Source: Eledone cirrhosa (Eukaryota). Taken from it: a DNA stretch of 64,000 nt. Positions within the stretch are counted from its first letter, which is position 1, and the number at the start of each line of letters is the position of its first letter. The stretch is taken from assembly GCA_964016885.1 (NCBI GenBank), contig CAXHJY010000065.1, forward strand, positions 31,164-95,163, read 5' to 3'. Of this stretch, positions 13,315 to 27,730 are shown in pieces. The notes beneath the pieces were generated by a model that worked only from the letters and a program-made list of their open reading frames with translations, was not told the origin of the DNA and ran no database searches. The translations under genes and the position numbers were made by a program.

Positions 13315-14303
13315 CATCATCATCGTCGTCGTTTAACGTCCATCTTCCACGCTAGCATGGGTTAGATGGTTTTGTTCCATTTGATGCGGGAATGGTTGGG
13401 AACCATGTCTCGCTCACATGGAAGCGTCTCTGGCAGGTCTTTTTACAGCTGTATGTCCTTCCTAACACCAACCACATTTACAGTGTGGACTGGGAGCCTT
13501 TTCACCGTGTCTCCTACACGGCCACCTTACAGTGTGGACTGTTGTGTCATCGATAGAGTGGATGGAACAGGAGAGGGTGGTGGGATATACATTGAGTTAA
13601 GAGGTGCTTACTGACTGTAGGTTTGTATGCAATGGTAGTAGGGTCTTCTGTACAACTGCATGGTGCCAAAGGTCTCAATCCAGTGTCATTGTCTTAGAGA
13701 GGTGTAGGTGGGCAAGGTCAGTTTATATCACCTCGTCCCAGGTTTTTCTTGGTCTACCCACTCTGCAGCTTCTATCAATTTTCATTGTCCTGCACTTTTT
13801 TATACAGCCGTCACATTTGCATACCAATGCAATCTCTTCTCTAGAACACAACATTTGATACTTTTTATGCTTAGTCTCCTTCTTAGTTCGTTTATGCTTC
13901 GCCTTTCGCGCACATTACTATTACACGTTCATCGGAGCATGCAAGCTTCATTTCTTTCTAATCTACGCAAGTCTTCAGCACACAATGCCCAAGTCTCACT
14001 ACCATGCAATCTGCCTTTCATTTTTAGAGAAAAACCCCTTGTGACCAACAGCAGTATTAGCTCTCTGAACTCTTTCCATCCCGTTCTAACTCTGGCTACT
14101 ACACTTTCAGAACACCCTCCTACACTGCTGATTTTGTCACCCAGGTAACGGAAGGTGTCTACTACTTCTATAGAACCATCTGGGCAGTTGAAGAAGATAT
14201 CATCCAGTGGGTCCTTGTTACTTGCATCTGAGCATCAGACACATATAAAATCTACATTCTTAGATAGCTTACATCTGATCCCACTTCATCTTTTATGTAC
14301 CCA
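13315..14303 (-). mobile_element. RTE 3' fragment with composite tail
   Basis: Reverse strand encodes part of the PHD, then FRYLGDKIS...WKEFREL...ETWALCAEDLRRLERNEA, followed by the tail and (GAT)n. Confidence 0.8.
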
Positions 14304-15922
14304 TATTATCTTACAACTGTTTTTCATGCTGGGATGGGTTGGATGGGTTGGAATTGTCTGAGCCTAGATAAGTTGTGGGACCACATCTTGCTCACTTATT
14401 CCATTTTTCCTGGGTTTCTACAGCTGGATGCCTTTCCTAATGCCAACTATCTTATAGAGTGTACTAGGGGTATATCATATTTTATTCAATTATAGATCAT
14501 ACTCATTGGACTGGGGCTAAACTGGAGTATCAACTTCAAGGTCTTTAACTCCAGTACCAACTTCATTGAACTGTAATAATTTAAATATTGTCATAGAAAG
14601 AAACAACTCAACACACTATATTGGTATACAGACATAAATATACACATAAATACACACATAAAATTTATATCTGAAATTGTTTGCTTCCTAAATGCAGAAA
14701 ATGACTGTATTTAGAATCAATCACTATAGGGAGTAATTGAGAAAATTGAGTAAATTACTTTAAAGATAGAAAAAAATGGACAGAAGCATCTATGAAGAAC
14801 CATACCTTATATCTTCTGAAAATCTTGTGTGTGTGTTAACACCCTCTTCTGAAAATCTTGTGTTATTTTGAGATGCTATATAGCATGGAGTTGAAATGTA
14901 CCTAGAATTAAACAAGCTATATAAATTGACAAAGCACTGAAATTATTTGAAATTTTACATTTTTTAAATGTAAACATTTCAAATGCAGAAAAGGAGTTGA
15001 ATAACAGTTAATCATGAGAGATAATAGTTGAAAAACCCTTTAAGACAAAAAAACTGGACAGATGTGCCTATGAGGAATCAAACGCCGAATTCTTTGAATA
15101 TCATGCAAGTGTGTTAACCATTATCTACAAGAATGATAATCATATGTAATCAATCCTTTTGAGAAAAGTGATTTGTTTAGCCAGTATACCTACTTTGCAA
15201 GAAATCTTCTTCTGTACTTGCACACACAGCTACATTTCAATGGTTCCAATGTTAACAACCACCCTTAGCTGTCGTATTACTCTCAAAAGGGAAGAATATA
15301 TACTTCTGGAGCAAAAATAAATAACTAACTCTTTCTCTCTCTCTCTCTCACACACACTCAGTATCTCTCTTTCTCTGTCCCTTGTACACCAATTCAATCT
15401 CTCTCTCTCTCTCTCTCTCTCATATGCCTGCAGCTTTTGAAAACTTTGCCAAATTGGCAAAATGCCAAATAGAAGTGATATCTGGCAAATAAGCCTTTTT
15501 TCAATGTTTTTGTTTCTCATAAATTTGAAAAATAAAGTGAATTTGTCTGAAATAAAATGTAGTGAATTTTGGTTTTCTTTCATTTATTCATTATTTTCTT
15601 ATATTTAAAAGATCTCAGATGAAATACAAACATCAATAATATCAATACTAGCCTACTTTAATGCAGACCATTTTTGTATATCTTTGAATTAAGGAAGTGA
15701 TATAAAATAACATCCAGTTGAAGATGCTTAGAAATGCTAATAACAGAGTTGAAAACTATACATATTCTCAAACTGTATGGCACTGGCATTGCACACCAGT
15801 ATAAAAACAAAATGTTATAATTATCTATAATTCAAAATATTTTAAGTATTTTGTATTCTTCCCTAAATATATAGTGAGACACTCCTGGATGAATCAACAA
15901 CAGCTTATGATGCACTGTTTAA

Positions 15923-16598
15923 CCCTTTATCATTTACATTACCTTTAGCATTTACATTAGGTGAAGGTGCATGGCTTAGTGGTTAAAGCATTGGGCTTGC
16001 AATCAAAAGGTTGTGAGTTCAATTCTCAAACCGGGAGATGTGTTGTTTCCTTGAGCAAGACACTTTATTTTCACATTGCTTCAGTTTACTCAGTTGTATA
16101 AATGAGATGACAGGACTGGGGTCCCTCTCATTCCACTGCAAGGCGATCGTGGAGGTGCCACGGCAAAAAAGCACCCAGCTCACACTGTAAAGTGGACGTG
16201 TAAGCGCTACGGAAAAAAAGCACCCAGCACTTACTGTAAATGAGGTTGGTGTTAGGAAGGGCATCCAGCTGTAGAATTCAAGCCAGAATCAGTTCCTGTA
16301 TGAGCAAGACAAGGTCAGCCGACCAGACACTACCCACAACAGAACAACCCGTCTAACCCATGCTAGCATGGAAGAACGGACGTAAAACGGTGATGATGAT
16401 GATGATGATAATTACTCTATATATACTATTATATTTTCACTGTAAAGTCTTTACCTCACACAATTATTTCATATAATATCGAATCTATGAGATTTTGATA
16501 TTATTTATTTTGAGAGCAATACCATAACATCAATATGAGTGGTCAGTTACAGCCAGTTTGAACAGGAAGAGGACATGGCAAGTTTAAATGCTAAAGGG
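15923..16598. mobile_element. piggyBac-like MITE interrupted by a SINE
   Basis: TTAA-ccctttatcattta ... taaatgctaaaggg; 16420-16598 is a diverged reverse complement of 68-260. Confidence 0.65.
15961..16410 (+). mobile_element. Composite SINE: tRNA head + CORE/Meta-like central domain + RTE-derived tail
   Basis: A box TGGCTTAGTGG; B-box-like GAGTTCAATTC; tccttgagcaagacactt domain; repeated aaaaagcacccagc...actgtaaa; ggtgttaggaagggcatccag box; (GAT)n tail. Confidence 0.8.
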
Positions 16599-19439
16599 TT
16601 TTAGCAGAAGAAGAAGAATTATAACAATAATAATAGTATCAACAATAATGATATTTATAATAATGGTAATATGGTTTTTGTTAAGCTAAAGTATAGCAGT
16701 TAGAGGCTTAGTTTTAATGTAATGGTTTGTTAAGTGTGAGAGAATTGAATGTTTATGGAATAAGTTGTAAAGTCTTCATTAACAGTTTTACACGTTTTTA
16801 TTCACAACTAATTACAACGAGTTATGTTGAGTTGACATGTCAAACAAAGGGATAAATAAATTAAGAGTTAAGAAGTGAATGTGACATTGTGCCAGGCCTA
16901 AGGAGGCTGACAGGCCAAAGTGAAGATCTCACTGTTACATAATAATGTCCTTTCCTTTCAACGTCCAAGCAGTAAGAGAGAGTATATCAAAAGAAGCGGG
17001 AAAATCTTTGCTTGGGCGGAAGTTGGTAATATATATTTGTGTGCGGCTCACAATTGGCCTTACTTAGCCAAATCATGCACGAATAGTTTATAAATGTGCC
17101 AAAGGGAAGTAGCTTTCTACAGGGTTAAATCAGAAATATCAATCCCTTTCACCCAGTAGTATCTAAGAAATTACCAAGTTATATATTTATTAGCCATCTA
17201 GCTTGTCTGCAGCCTAGGGGTTGAGGCCAGTACAAGAACATAGTAAACAAAAGACTTCTCATTAGTTATATAAGTGTGTATGTGCACACTCCTTCCAGCA
17301 GTTCCTGGGTAATTACAGGATACCATCTATTGAATCATTTGATGGTTGGGTAGTAAGCTGATATTTCTTAATAATATATCTTACAACTAGATTGTTAAAT
17401 ACAATTATAGAATTTATATTATATGACTACTAAAATATAGTCAAATAAATAACTGATGCACACAAAAATTATCAAGCCCAAATTTATTCAAAATGAAATA
17501 TACAAGCATACATACTTATTTTCAGAATAATTTTCCATTGAGTGTTATGGAAGAAAAATAGCCTTAAGATGGCATCTTACCAATCATAATATAATGAGAA
17601 ATATCTCCTAGTATTGTTTATTTATTTTTAAAAATATCAATTTCAAAAATTGATGCGACTACAAATATTTAATCAAAATCTTGGCATGTAATTATGCAAA
17701 TCCCAATTAAATATATGTCTAAAATTATCATAAAAACAATTGTTAACTTAATTAACTCAGTCTACATTTGTGTAAGGTTGACTACTTCCAGGACACTTCA
17801 AATACGTTATAGAATCTATCAAGAACATTATCATCATAACCATCATTTGAATTTTTTTTTCATTATGGTAAGACTTGCCTGGGTCTGTGTAATAAATCAT
17901 ATTTGTATTCATCTTATTCCTGCATAATCTTATCTGTGTGTCTGTTTTGTTCAAATTTAACTATTTCATACAAGTTTGTTTCTCTCCCTCTGTTATATCT
18001 ATTATTTATCTTTTTGTATCATTGATTTTTCTAGACTACCCTATATTAGATATTAACACCACCAATAAAACTATGTTTTGCATAAGCAACTGTCAATATT
18101 TCTTGTAGGGAGACAACACAATTTCAGTATTTAGATACATTCCTCAATCCTTTTGAATATGAATCTGCATGTCATCTGATGGAGGGTCAATGAAATATGT
18201 GCAATTAATATGGTTTTCATGCAGTTTATTTTAAATATTTGGGTTTCCTGACATAGATTGAGATTCTATTGCATATTTGTGTATATGTAGGTTTTGCTTG
18301 TACTATCCAAACATCATTGACACTGAGCATATTATAATTTTATTTCATCATTATCATAGCCACTACACCAAAGGCTGTATCTTTGTATTTGTTCATGCTT
18401 CATTCTTAGAAATAACATCTGTTAATTCCCACTAGGTTTTCCTTTAATTGAAAGTAAGCCTTGTCTTATCAAACAGACTTGTTTATTTCATGGTAACCTG
18501 ATAAATACATTAAAAGTAAGACTTCTCAATCAACTAAATATTCAATATATTTGAATCAGTAAGGAAGCTCTGTGGTAGTTCAGCCTTCTACTAAAAGCAG
18601 TTAAAATTCCTTCAAATCACATCCTATAACTTTAAAATCAGAAAGACTAAATTTTATTGCATTCTAGGATAAATTGCTGGAATGTCTTGATCAAAGTTTT
18701 ATACAATCAATGTTGCCTTGGGGCTCAATAACAAAGTTGACCAAATATTTAACTAAATGTTGAAATAACTTACTGGGTATACTTCTAAACATTTTCTTTT
18801 CATATTTTATCTGGGGCCCTTAAGAGCATGGATACTTAAAGTGATAGAGTACTAGATGACTAATAAGACATTAAGTGATCAGATAATGTCACCTATACTG
18901 TCACTTGCCAGAATAAGAAATAATTAATTACCAAATGATCCAGTTCAGGAAGCTGCAATTTGGTTGTGTTTGTTTAGCCACAGGTCAGCTTTGATGCAAA
19001 TAACCAGTTCATAAAACAGGTCCATTCAATAGATCTGTTTATCCAGTTATTCCATGCTCTTCTGCATAAGAACCATGCTTCATACTCCAGTATGCAGTGT
19101 GACATAAACTCATATTATATTCTCTCCATTATCAAGTCTGTTTATGGAGTTTATGGATACCTGTAAATTCTAATGGTGACATCAGTGAAGGCAAGCTCAA
19201 TCACAGCACAGCAGTGGCTGTCCAGAGTCTATTAATGTGGCAGGTATTTTTGTGTGTACTGATTGACCAACCCCAGCCCATCTGAGAAATTAGTAGCTTG
19301 AGTGCTGACTTAGTCTATGGCAACCTATCTACATCTACTGTAGCAAGGAAAACAGACGTTACTTGATGATGATAATGATGATGATTATGATGAGGATATC
19401 TAAACCGAGTGAAAGAAACAGCAATGCTTTAAAAGGAAG

Positions 19440-20240
19440 GTGTTGTAATGTTCTGGGATCATAACATATTATATGTATCTTGGGGCTTGAACGTGGTGTT
19501 TCGGGTTGTAACTAAGGTTTTGTGGGTTGAAGCTTACTGTGACAACAAACAGTAACCCTGCCATGTCCTGGTCCAATTACAATATTTTTGTTTTATTGTA
19601 TAGTTGATCTATAGGTGTGATCGATCCGTGTATAATCTGTGAGGGTACATAATGGGTTATTGCTTGTTCTTTGTATTATATTCTGGTTTGTTTGGGAAAC
19701 ATTGAGGTTGGTGGGTGTCCAAGCAGGTCTGGTAGAATCCTTGATGTTGTGATTCTTTATTTCTCTAGGATAAATGCAGTACCTGTGATTACTCCAGGTG
19801 TGTTAGAGTGTTATTTATTCTTCTTTTTCATGTCTTCCTGGAGTGAATGTTGTAGCACTGTTGTATCTAACTTCTAGTATCTTTGGCTTCTATGTGTGAG
19901 GTATGATTATATTGTTGATTATGATGGTTGGTGATATATTATATACTCTGAAAGAATGGATTTGGTAGGGGGTTCATGAAATCTGTTTTTCATTTTAGTC
20001 AAGCATCTATGGGACTAATATAGGTTTAGAGTTGATGTGTAACTGTACTGAGAGAATAATGGGAGAATATGAGTGTGAAATGCTTGCCATATAAAAAGTG
20101 CTTGGAGATTGTACACGTATAGATTGAAAAGTGTGATCAAGAGGACAGTCTAATTAGAGAGATGTGATTGGTTTTTGCTAGTAGGTCGTGTGACCACATA
20201 TAATTCACTGTCACCTTATCTAAGGAGTGATCTCTCTCTC
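19440..20240 (-). pseudogene. Heavily decayed CR1/Jockey-group RT C-terminal fragment
   Basis: Reverse strand has remnants resembling ...YPLW / QAIT..I / L.YWT...L.L / VHFNGP.LFN motifs, with many lesions. Confidence 0.4.
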
Positions 20241-20346
20241 TCATTTGCTTAATACCTCAGAAATTGAAAATAAGCTCTAGACTCATGGACTGTGTATTTC
20301 TCACCTTTATACACAAATACATAATTATCATTCAGTCACCAATAAA

Positions 20347-20396
<50 letters not shown>

Positions 20397-20499
20397 TAAT
20401 AATAAAAACAACAACAACAACAACAACAACAGCAACAATAATTATTTATTTATTCATTGGTTACTCAGATCAAAAACATTGCGGACAATAAAATAAAGA

Positions 20500-22760
20500 G
20501 GGATATCAAGAATTTGCATATGGATGTGTAAAGAGAGAATGAAAACAGAAAATAAATAAGAATGCAATAACAAAAGGATTTCTCAATAGAGAGGACCAAC
20601 ATCCAAAAGTAATTAAGAAATTCCACAGATCTGAGATCACCCTTGATCATCAAGGGAACCATAAGCAAACACATCACTTCCCTATATTTATTTCAGCCTA
20701 CAAGCACTAGCTTACAGTAGGCTCATTCACTCAGGCTATTCACACTATATTCACCCACCTTTTAACAAATATATTGGTGAGAATCTCTTCCCTCCACCCT
20801 CAACTTCATTTCTAAGATGAACTTAAAAGGTTAATGACAGCTTGGCTGAAGAGGTATGTGTCTGTTTTTAGCTCTTTCTGCGTTGTCCACCACACAACCT
20901 CTTTTGCTAAAACTACTAGAAAGCAGAGATCTGGTTGTGCCTCATGGCCAAAAGAAAATTGTGCAGTGGTCATGATGATGGGGATTAGCCAATAGCTGGA
21001 TCCAACCAACATGTGACAAAAGTTGTTCAACAAAAGTTCACAAGTCAGCAATACATGGACACTTGACAAATGTGTGCAGACTGGGTTCATCAAATGGCAT
21101 GCATCTCAAATAAGCCTGTATCGCAGCACTTCTGTGCTTGTAGAAACTAGCATTGTCACTTGGTAGCACTCCCAGTCCAGATATTTCTGTAAATTGTTCT
21201 AGTCTCTAGGCCAAATGTCCTCCAGAACAAACTAATCAGCTCATTCTGATCAACACCTAGATTTTCTTCAAGAATATTGTTGTAATTGACCATTACTAGT
21301 CCTCTTCGTAATGCTATTATGGAATTTCCACTGACCACATTGCCAAACTGGTAAAGTGCTCTGAATGTTTAACAACATTCCAGATGCCAGGTGCTCTGTC
21401 TTAATCATTGCTTGATGCAAGAGTGCAGAAAATAGAAACAACTATGATAGGTGGCCATTTCGTCTGACCACTGAGCACATGCTACTGTGAATTGAAAGGA
21501 TCTAGCCTCTGGCAATAGGATCAAAACTGGCTACCTAAATGATAGCTTCCAAGTATCAATGATTAACCCTATCAAAAGCTTTCAATAAATCCAAATTGAT
21601 CAGAGCCACACCTAATCTTGATTTACTTCCTAACCTCTCTATGATGTACCACATGAGGTAGAAAGATTTCACACCTCTACACCAGCAATGCTGCATGGTA
21701 GTGAGACCTGGGCATTGTGTGCAGAGGATATACGCAGACTAGAGAGGAACGAAGCTTGCATGCTCCGCTGGATGTGCAATAGTAATATACGTGAACGGCT
21801 AAGTATAAACGAACTAAGGAAAAAATTAGAAATAAGAGGGATCAGATGTTGTTTACTCGAGAGAAGGCTACGTTGGTATGGTCACGCATGAAAGACGACA
21901 GCTGTATAACAAAGTGCAGGGCAATAAAGATAGACGGTAGCCACGGAGTAGCAGACCCAGAAAAGCCTGGGACGACATGATAAATTCCGACCTCACACGC
22001 TTACACCTCTCCAAGACAATGTCACTGGACCGAGACCTTTGGCAGTACTCAGTAATAGAGAAGGCCCACCTTACCTAAATACAAAGTAAAACCTACTACA
22101 GTCAGTAGGCATCTCTATCAAAACACACCCCCGTCCCACCACCCCCACCCCATCCACACCGCCCCTTTCAATGTAAAGTTATGTTGGTGCCACAACATCC
22201 AGGCCGAAACAAATGAGATCGTGTAGGTGTCACGACAAAAAACACACAGTCCACGCTGTAATGTGGCCGTGTAGGCAACACGGTAAAAACCTCCCAGCCC
22301 CACACTGTAAATGTGGTTGGTGTTAGGAAGGGCATCCAGCTGTAGAAAACCCACCAGACAGTCCTATGCGAGCAAGACAATCACTCTTGCCTCAAGTGGG
22401 AAAACCCCCGTCCAAACCCATGCAAGCGTGGAACACGGACGTTAAACGTTGATGATGATGATGATGATGATGATGACACCTTCCAGACCACACTTTCAAT
22501 GACAAGCATCAACCTCCTTACTTGGCACCTTAGCAAAAAACTTAAAATATGAGCTTAGCAGAGTTATTGGTTGAAAGTTATTAATTATGTCCCTATTGTT
22601 CATATTTTTCCTATCATTGCTACTATCATTTCTGCTGGAAAGATGCACACATCTGCTTGGAATTGAGAAGCCAAAGACCAGATTGTGGCTAAGCTGCCAT
22701 GCTGCATCTCTGCACTTGGACACATCAAACAGCTTTTGTTCCCTCATGCCCACATAAAGT
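20500..22760 (-). mobile_element. L1/Tx1-like element fragment, interrupted by an RTE insertion at 21683-22475
   Basis: ORF 20812-21093 (AKEVVWWT...TDTYLFSQAVINL) is homologous to 9279-9593; 22496-22620 gives NNFQPITLLSSYFKFFAKV (RT domain 0/1). Confidence 0.55.
21683..22475 (+). mobile_element. RTE 3' fragment with composite tail
   Basis: ORF 21688-21891 MLHGSETWALCAEDIRRLERNE...LRWYGH; highly similar to the reverse of 36809-37600; ends in (GAT)n. Confidence 0.9.
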
Positions 22761-23749
22761 GCTTTAGCACTGACAATGCAACCTTCTGAGGGGAATGAGA
22801 CGAAAGAGGAAGAATAGGTGGAAGGGAGAGGAGCAGGAAGAGGTTCTGGAGGGGGGGGGAGAAGAAGAAGAAGAAGAACCATCCATTATCAATCTCAATG
22901 CTCTCTAAACTAAAGATCAATAAATATAAAATCATTTACTTTGCCTTTCATTCAGTATTTTCCCTCACAGCTGCAGAGCCAAAATTACAACAGAGATTAA
23001 CTTTTAATCTTATGTTAATTAGATTATTTTATAATTAGTTATTCCTCATTCACTGCCTGTTTAATTTACATTGCTGTATATTAATAATTTTTATTTAATA
23101 TATTTCCACAAATCCTTTCTGGTCTGGTATGAAAATTCAAGCTTGTTATTGACAACTCAAAAATCAGGGAAAATTTAGAATTCAGAATTAAGTGGAAGAG
23201 AATTTTAATCTATTTAGTAAAAGATATTTTACTGTTTCATCTCTACTTAATATTTTGCAGGATAATCTTAACCTTTTGAGAATAAGCAACTAAATTATCT
23301 GCCACAATATAGTGCCAAGCACAAACTTGCTATCTTGATGGCCACTCCCATGATATATTGCTCTCCCACTGTAGGATGCCCCACCCCACCTTAGCAAGCC
23401 TGGCGCTTACACTCTTCATTGCCTCCCCTGATAAGCCAAGGACACAATGAGCATCCAAATGACATAATGATGTAGGATAGCACTGGTGTCAAGATAAAAC
23501 ATCTCCAAACCACATTGTAAGATGGCCATGCTAATGCCACAACAAATAGCAACTAGTCCACCCTCTAAGATGTTCAAACTAGTGCTACAACAAAAAAAGT
23601 GCCCATTCTTTCCTGTAAGGGCCACTAGCACCATAACAAAAACACTCAGCTCACCATGGAAAATATGAGCAAGACGTGATCACCTGATCTGTCTGGTCTC
23701 ATAACATGACAGTCCATCTAACTCATGTAAGCATGGAAAATCAACAATA

Positions 23750-23925
23750 ATTGTTTCTACTTTTGGCACAAGGCCAGCAATTACCCCAGTGCATTACTGG
23801 TATTTTATTTCATTGACCCCGTAAAGATGAAAGGCAAAGTTAACCTTTGAACTCAGATCATAAAACCCCATAACTCTGCAAAACATGGTGTCTGATGCTC
23901 TACCAATACTGCCAATCCACTGCCC
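23750..23925 (-). mobile_element. tRNA-derived Nin/Deu-like SINE
   Basis: Reverse complement of the 38154-38345 family. Confidence 0.8.
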
Positions 23926-24766
23926 TTGGTGATGATAATAATGATGATTTTGTAGTGTCCACAATATGAGCAGCCAATCTATTGGCCACTAAGTTTCCTA
24001 GTTTATAAAGAAATTGCTGCAACAATGGCTTGTATAGTCATGTTAAGAATGTGTGTTTTGTGTTTGTGCATGTGTGTGTATGCGTTTTTAATCCTTGTTT
24101 AATAACTCAATTGAAACAGTGGGGAAATAACCAGGAGCTTGGTATTAAAACAATGAAGATTTCTCACATTTCAACAAAACCCTAAAGTTGAAAGCTATAG
24201 AGAACTGAATCAACCCCTAAAATATGCTTAATATTTAGTTTATTTATTTATGAAAAATTATGTTTAAAGTTGCCTCTCAACCAAGATATGAAATTAGAGT
24301 AGTGAGGTAAGAAATTAATAGCTTGTATGCATTTAGCATGGTGCTTAACTATTCTTGCTAAACTCTTGCTTTTCTTCACATTAATATCTAAAAATCTAAG
24401 ACAGCAAGTTGGCTCAGTCATGAGTACTTTGAATAGAACGCTTTGCAATATTCTTTCAAGCTCTTTGTACTATGTGTTAATTATACTGATGTCAACTTTG
24501 CCTGTTGTCACTTTCAGGTGTTGATGTTAAATAGAGAACTGTACTGGTGTTGATTCTTCTTTCTATTTTGCATCCTCTTCCTCTCTGGATTGCATCTGTA
24601 ATACAAAGTCTAGACTTGTCACATTGTCTCAAACACTTTTGGAGTGAGAATTGTATTCCACTTATAGAATATCCAGCTGCTCACATTTTAATTTGATGGA
24701 TAGAAATTTCTGAATGTTCATTATCAAAACTGACAGAAAATTCACCACCACCACTAAAACTACCCC

Positions 24767-24850
24767 AACATAACCACCAAAACCATTACTGCCAACATAA
24801 CCACCAAAACCATTACTGCCATCATAACCACCAAAACCACCATGGCAATC
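24767..24850. repeat. 27-bp minisatellite (~3 copies)
   Basis: cataaccaccaaaaccattactgccaa repeated. Confidence 0.8.
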
Positions 24851-27022
24851 AGCACCACTACTAACACCACTATCACCACCACCAAGATGATATTAAATGG
24901 AAAAACAATTTTATTCTGTTTACAGAACAAATGAATTTTTAGATAAATCAATATTAAATAAATAATTTCATTTGAATTGTGATATATTTCATTTCCACTA
25001 TTTAAAATATGTATTTAGATTTTTTTTAATGTATTTTACATATTTAAATGAATTTCATAAATCTCAAATTTATCACTGGTTTTACGACTCACTGAAAGGA
25101 ATCATAAACAACCAATAAAAGCATATCTATAAGTAACTGTTTTTACATGCTGTCAATGTTCATTCTAAATTATTGAATACATATTAAGTTATTCTTATAA
25201 CTGATTGAATAAGGAAACAAATTTCAAATAAATCCAAAATTCAAAATATTTGATTTAGTTTGAATGAAAGTGTTCCTTCTACACTTTGTTGTGAGATCAC
25301 TATGGTATAAGCTAACTTCAGATTTTTGGATGTACTTCCTCTCCAATAGTAGGCTACCTTTCACTCTGGTAAGCAGTATACAGCCTGTACTCCTCTCACT
25401 CTTTTTTCCTTGTCATTATCTCCTCCCTTAACATTCTTTATTAAAATTGTTGCTATTTCTTTTATTTTCTCCTTACAATGACCATTGTCTTGTTTGACTA
25501 ACAGTATTTCTAACCTCTGACATTTCCTTTTAATTATCCTCTAAAATAAGTTGAATCTTCTTCTCTTATCAATAGTTCAGCCTAAAGCCTTTGATTTCTC
25601 TTCTACCTTACAACATAAAATGTATTCTACTGTTTGAAATAATTCTTTATCTATTCAGTTTGTCTTAGCTACAGACTCAGAAAACATTGGCAAAGATAAT
25701 AATTGTTATTAAATACTCATAATAAGTAGTTAATTGATAAAATCTTTAAAGTTTTATGTAAAATATTTTATTATATTTATTCTAGCTCTCTCTGCTTTAA
25801 GTTCAAATTTTGCCCAGTTCAGTTATGCTTTTTCATTCTTTCATTTTTGATGAAATAAAGTATATGTTTAGGGCAGTAGACTGGTAAAAATGGTAGAGCA
25901 CTGGGTAGGATAGACTGTGGTATTTCCTTTAGCTTTTTTAAATATCATGATATTGTCAATGAATGCTTTCTGGTCAGGTCTCTGGCTTGAGGATAACTTA
26001 CACTTTTCCTCTCATTAGTCTTGGAAAACCTGAAAATAAATGTTCATGGGTATTGTCTCTTACTGGCTCTAGCCTTATTGTATAAGTGTTAGTTGTGTTT
26101 TTTGGGAAATAAAATAATTGATGTGAAAAGATATTGAACTACAAACTGAATTTTGTTGATTCCAAATCTACTGTTGCTTTCTATGCAAATCTATGTACTT
26201 AGGAGATGGTATAAACTTATTTGAGCATGTTTTAGGAAAAAATACAGAATATCTGGCCATCCTTCATTTTCTTCAGATTTAGTATGCTTACATTACATTT
26301 TCCAATGCCTTTTCTAGGGTTTTGTAAGAGGGATATTTTGCTGCCATATATAGCAGATTAAGTGACAACATAAAGGCAATTTTTGAACTTAAATTAAATG
26401 TTCGATACAGCAATTATAGCATCTATAGATCTTTGAGACTGAATTTAATATTCTACAAAGTTTAATATTTGACACACAGAAGTCTATTTATATTTGTTCA
26501 TTATTAGAAGGATTGTCTGTAAAGAGGTTTGAACTTGAAAAATATAAGATGTGATTTTGGCATTGCTGGAAATAGCATTTAATTACATTTCATTGTTGTT
26601 ACTAAGATGCTTCATTTTGCATTGTCAAAGACGTTGTTTAGACAAAGAAGGATATGAAAGAGAAGATGTAAGAGAACAAGAAAACCCAACAGTCACAATG
26701 ACAAAAATAGCAGCAAACAATTTCTTCAATTAAAATATTATAATGAAATCAATAATAGCCTTAATCTATAAATTTATAGTATAGAGAATCCAAGTCCTCT
26801 GTGAAATTTTAAAGTCTTAATCTGACAAAATTCAGAATATTGTATAGACAATTGATTGTACCAAATTTTTCCCCAGGTGATAGATTGACATTTGGCAAGA
26901 TATAAGAAAGAAGCAGAATTCAAACAAAGTTTCAAATAATAATGATAATGATGTTAAAGATAATAATAATAATAAAAATAATAATAATAAAAATAATAAT
27001 AATAAAATTAATAATAATAATA

Positions 27023-27385
27023 AAAGATTGTGCTTGATTATAGATGTAGCTTGGCCATTCGAGACAAGAGTACAGGAAAAGGAGAGAGAAAAAACAGTAC
27101 CCAGACATGAAGTGGGAACTGAAAAGGATTTGGAACTATCATGATATCAAGGTCATCTCCGTCATCATGGGAGCACTGGGTACTATCTCAGAGAGATTCA
27201 AAGGCAGGCTAAAAACCATCAACCCACCCCCTGTTTTGGAACAATTTCAAAATGCATGCCAACTTGGAATGGCAAGGACTCTCCAATACGCCCTGAATAT
27301 TTGAGGCTATGGGTAGCAGCTTGATATTCATTAGGGCAATTATTCTGGTTGAATAACATCAATGACTGAGACATCAAGTAAAATA
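27023..27385 (+). mobile_element. R4/Dong-like non-LTR 3' fragment (restriction-like endonuclease) next to (TAA)n
   Basis: LCLIIDVAWPFETRVQEKEREK...KWELKRIW...VISVIMGALGTI...QNACQLGMARTL; directly follows a (TAA)n tract. Confidence 0.7.
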
Positions 27386-27399
27386 ATATAATGATTTCT

Positions 27400-27730
27400 T
27401 TATTAACTGCAAAGGTTTTACGAAAATTACATTAAGGACAGTACAGGAAGGTACACATATGCGTTTCTGTGTGTAAAAAAAGGGAAACAAAAAAAAAGAT
27501 GTAACAAAAATTTGAAAGAAATAAAAAATTCCAAATGAGGGGAAGACCACCATGGGTTACTCATTGAGAAAGCCAACAAAAGCCACAGTCACCCTGACAA
27601 CTAGAGCAAGTACCCTCTCGCAGTCTTGTGCCTCCAATCTACAGGCGCATACTCAGAGCAGGCCCATTCACTTGGTCTATGCTCATGTCTCTCACTCATC
27701 TTTCAACAAAAGACTATCTTCCTTTTGATC
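27400..27730 (-). mobile_element. L1/Tx1-like 3' end fragment
   Basis: Similar to 9150-9420 (catactcagagcaggcccattcac; tcttccttttgatc). Confidence 0.45.

Noticed and set aside
15961-16035. tRNA gene
   Set aside because: Has A/B boxes but no proper acceptor stem, and it continues into a SINE body
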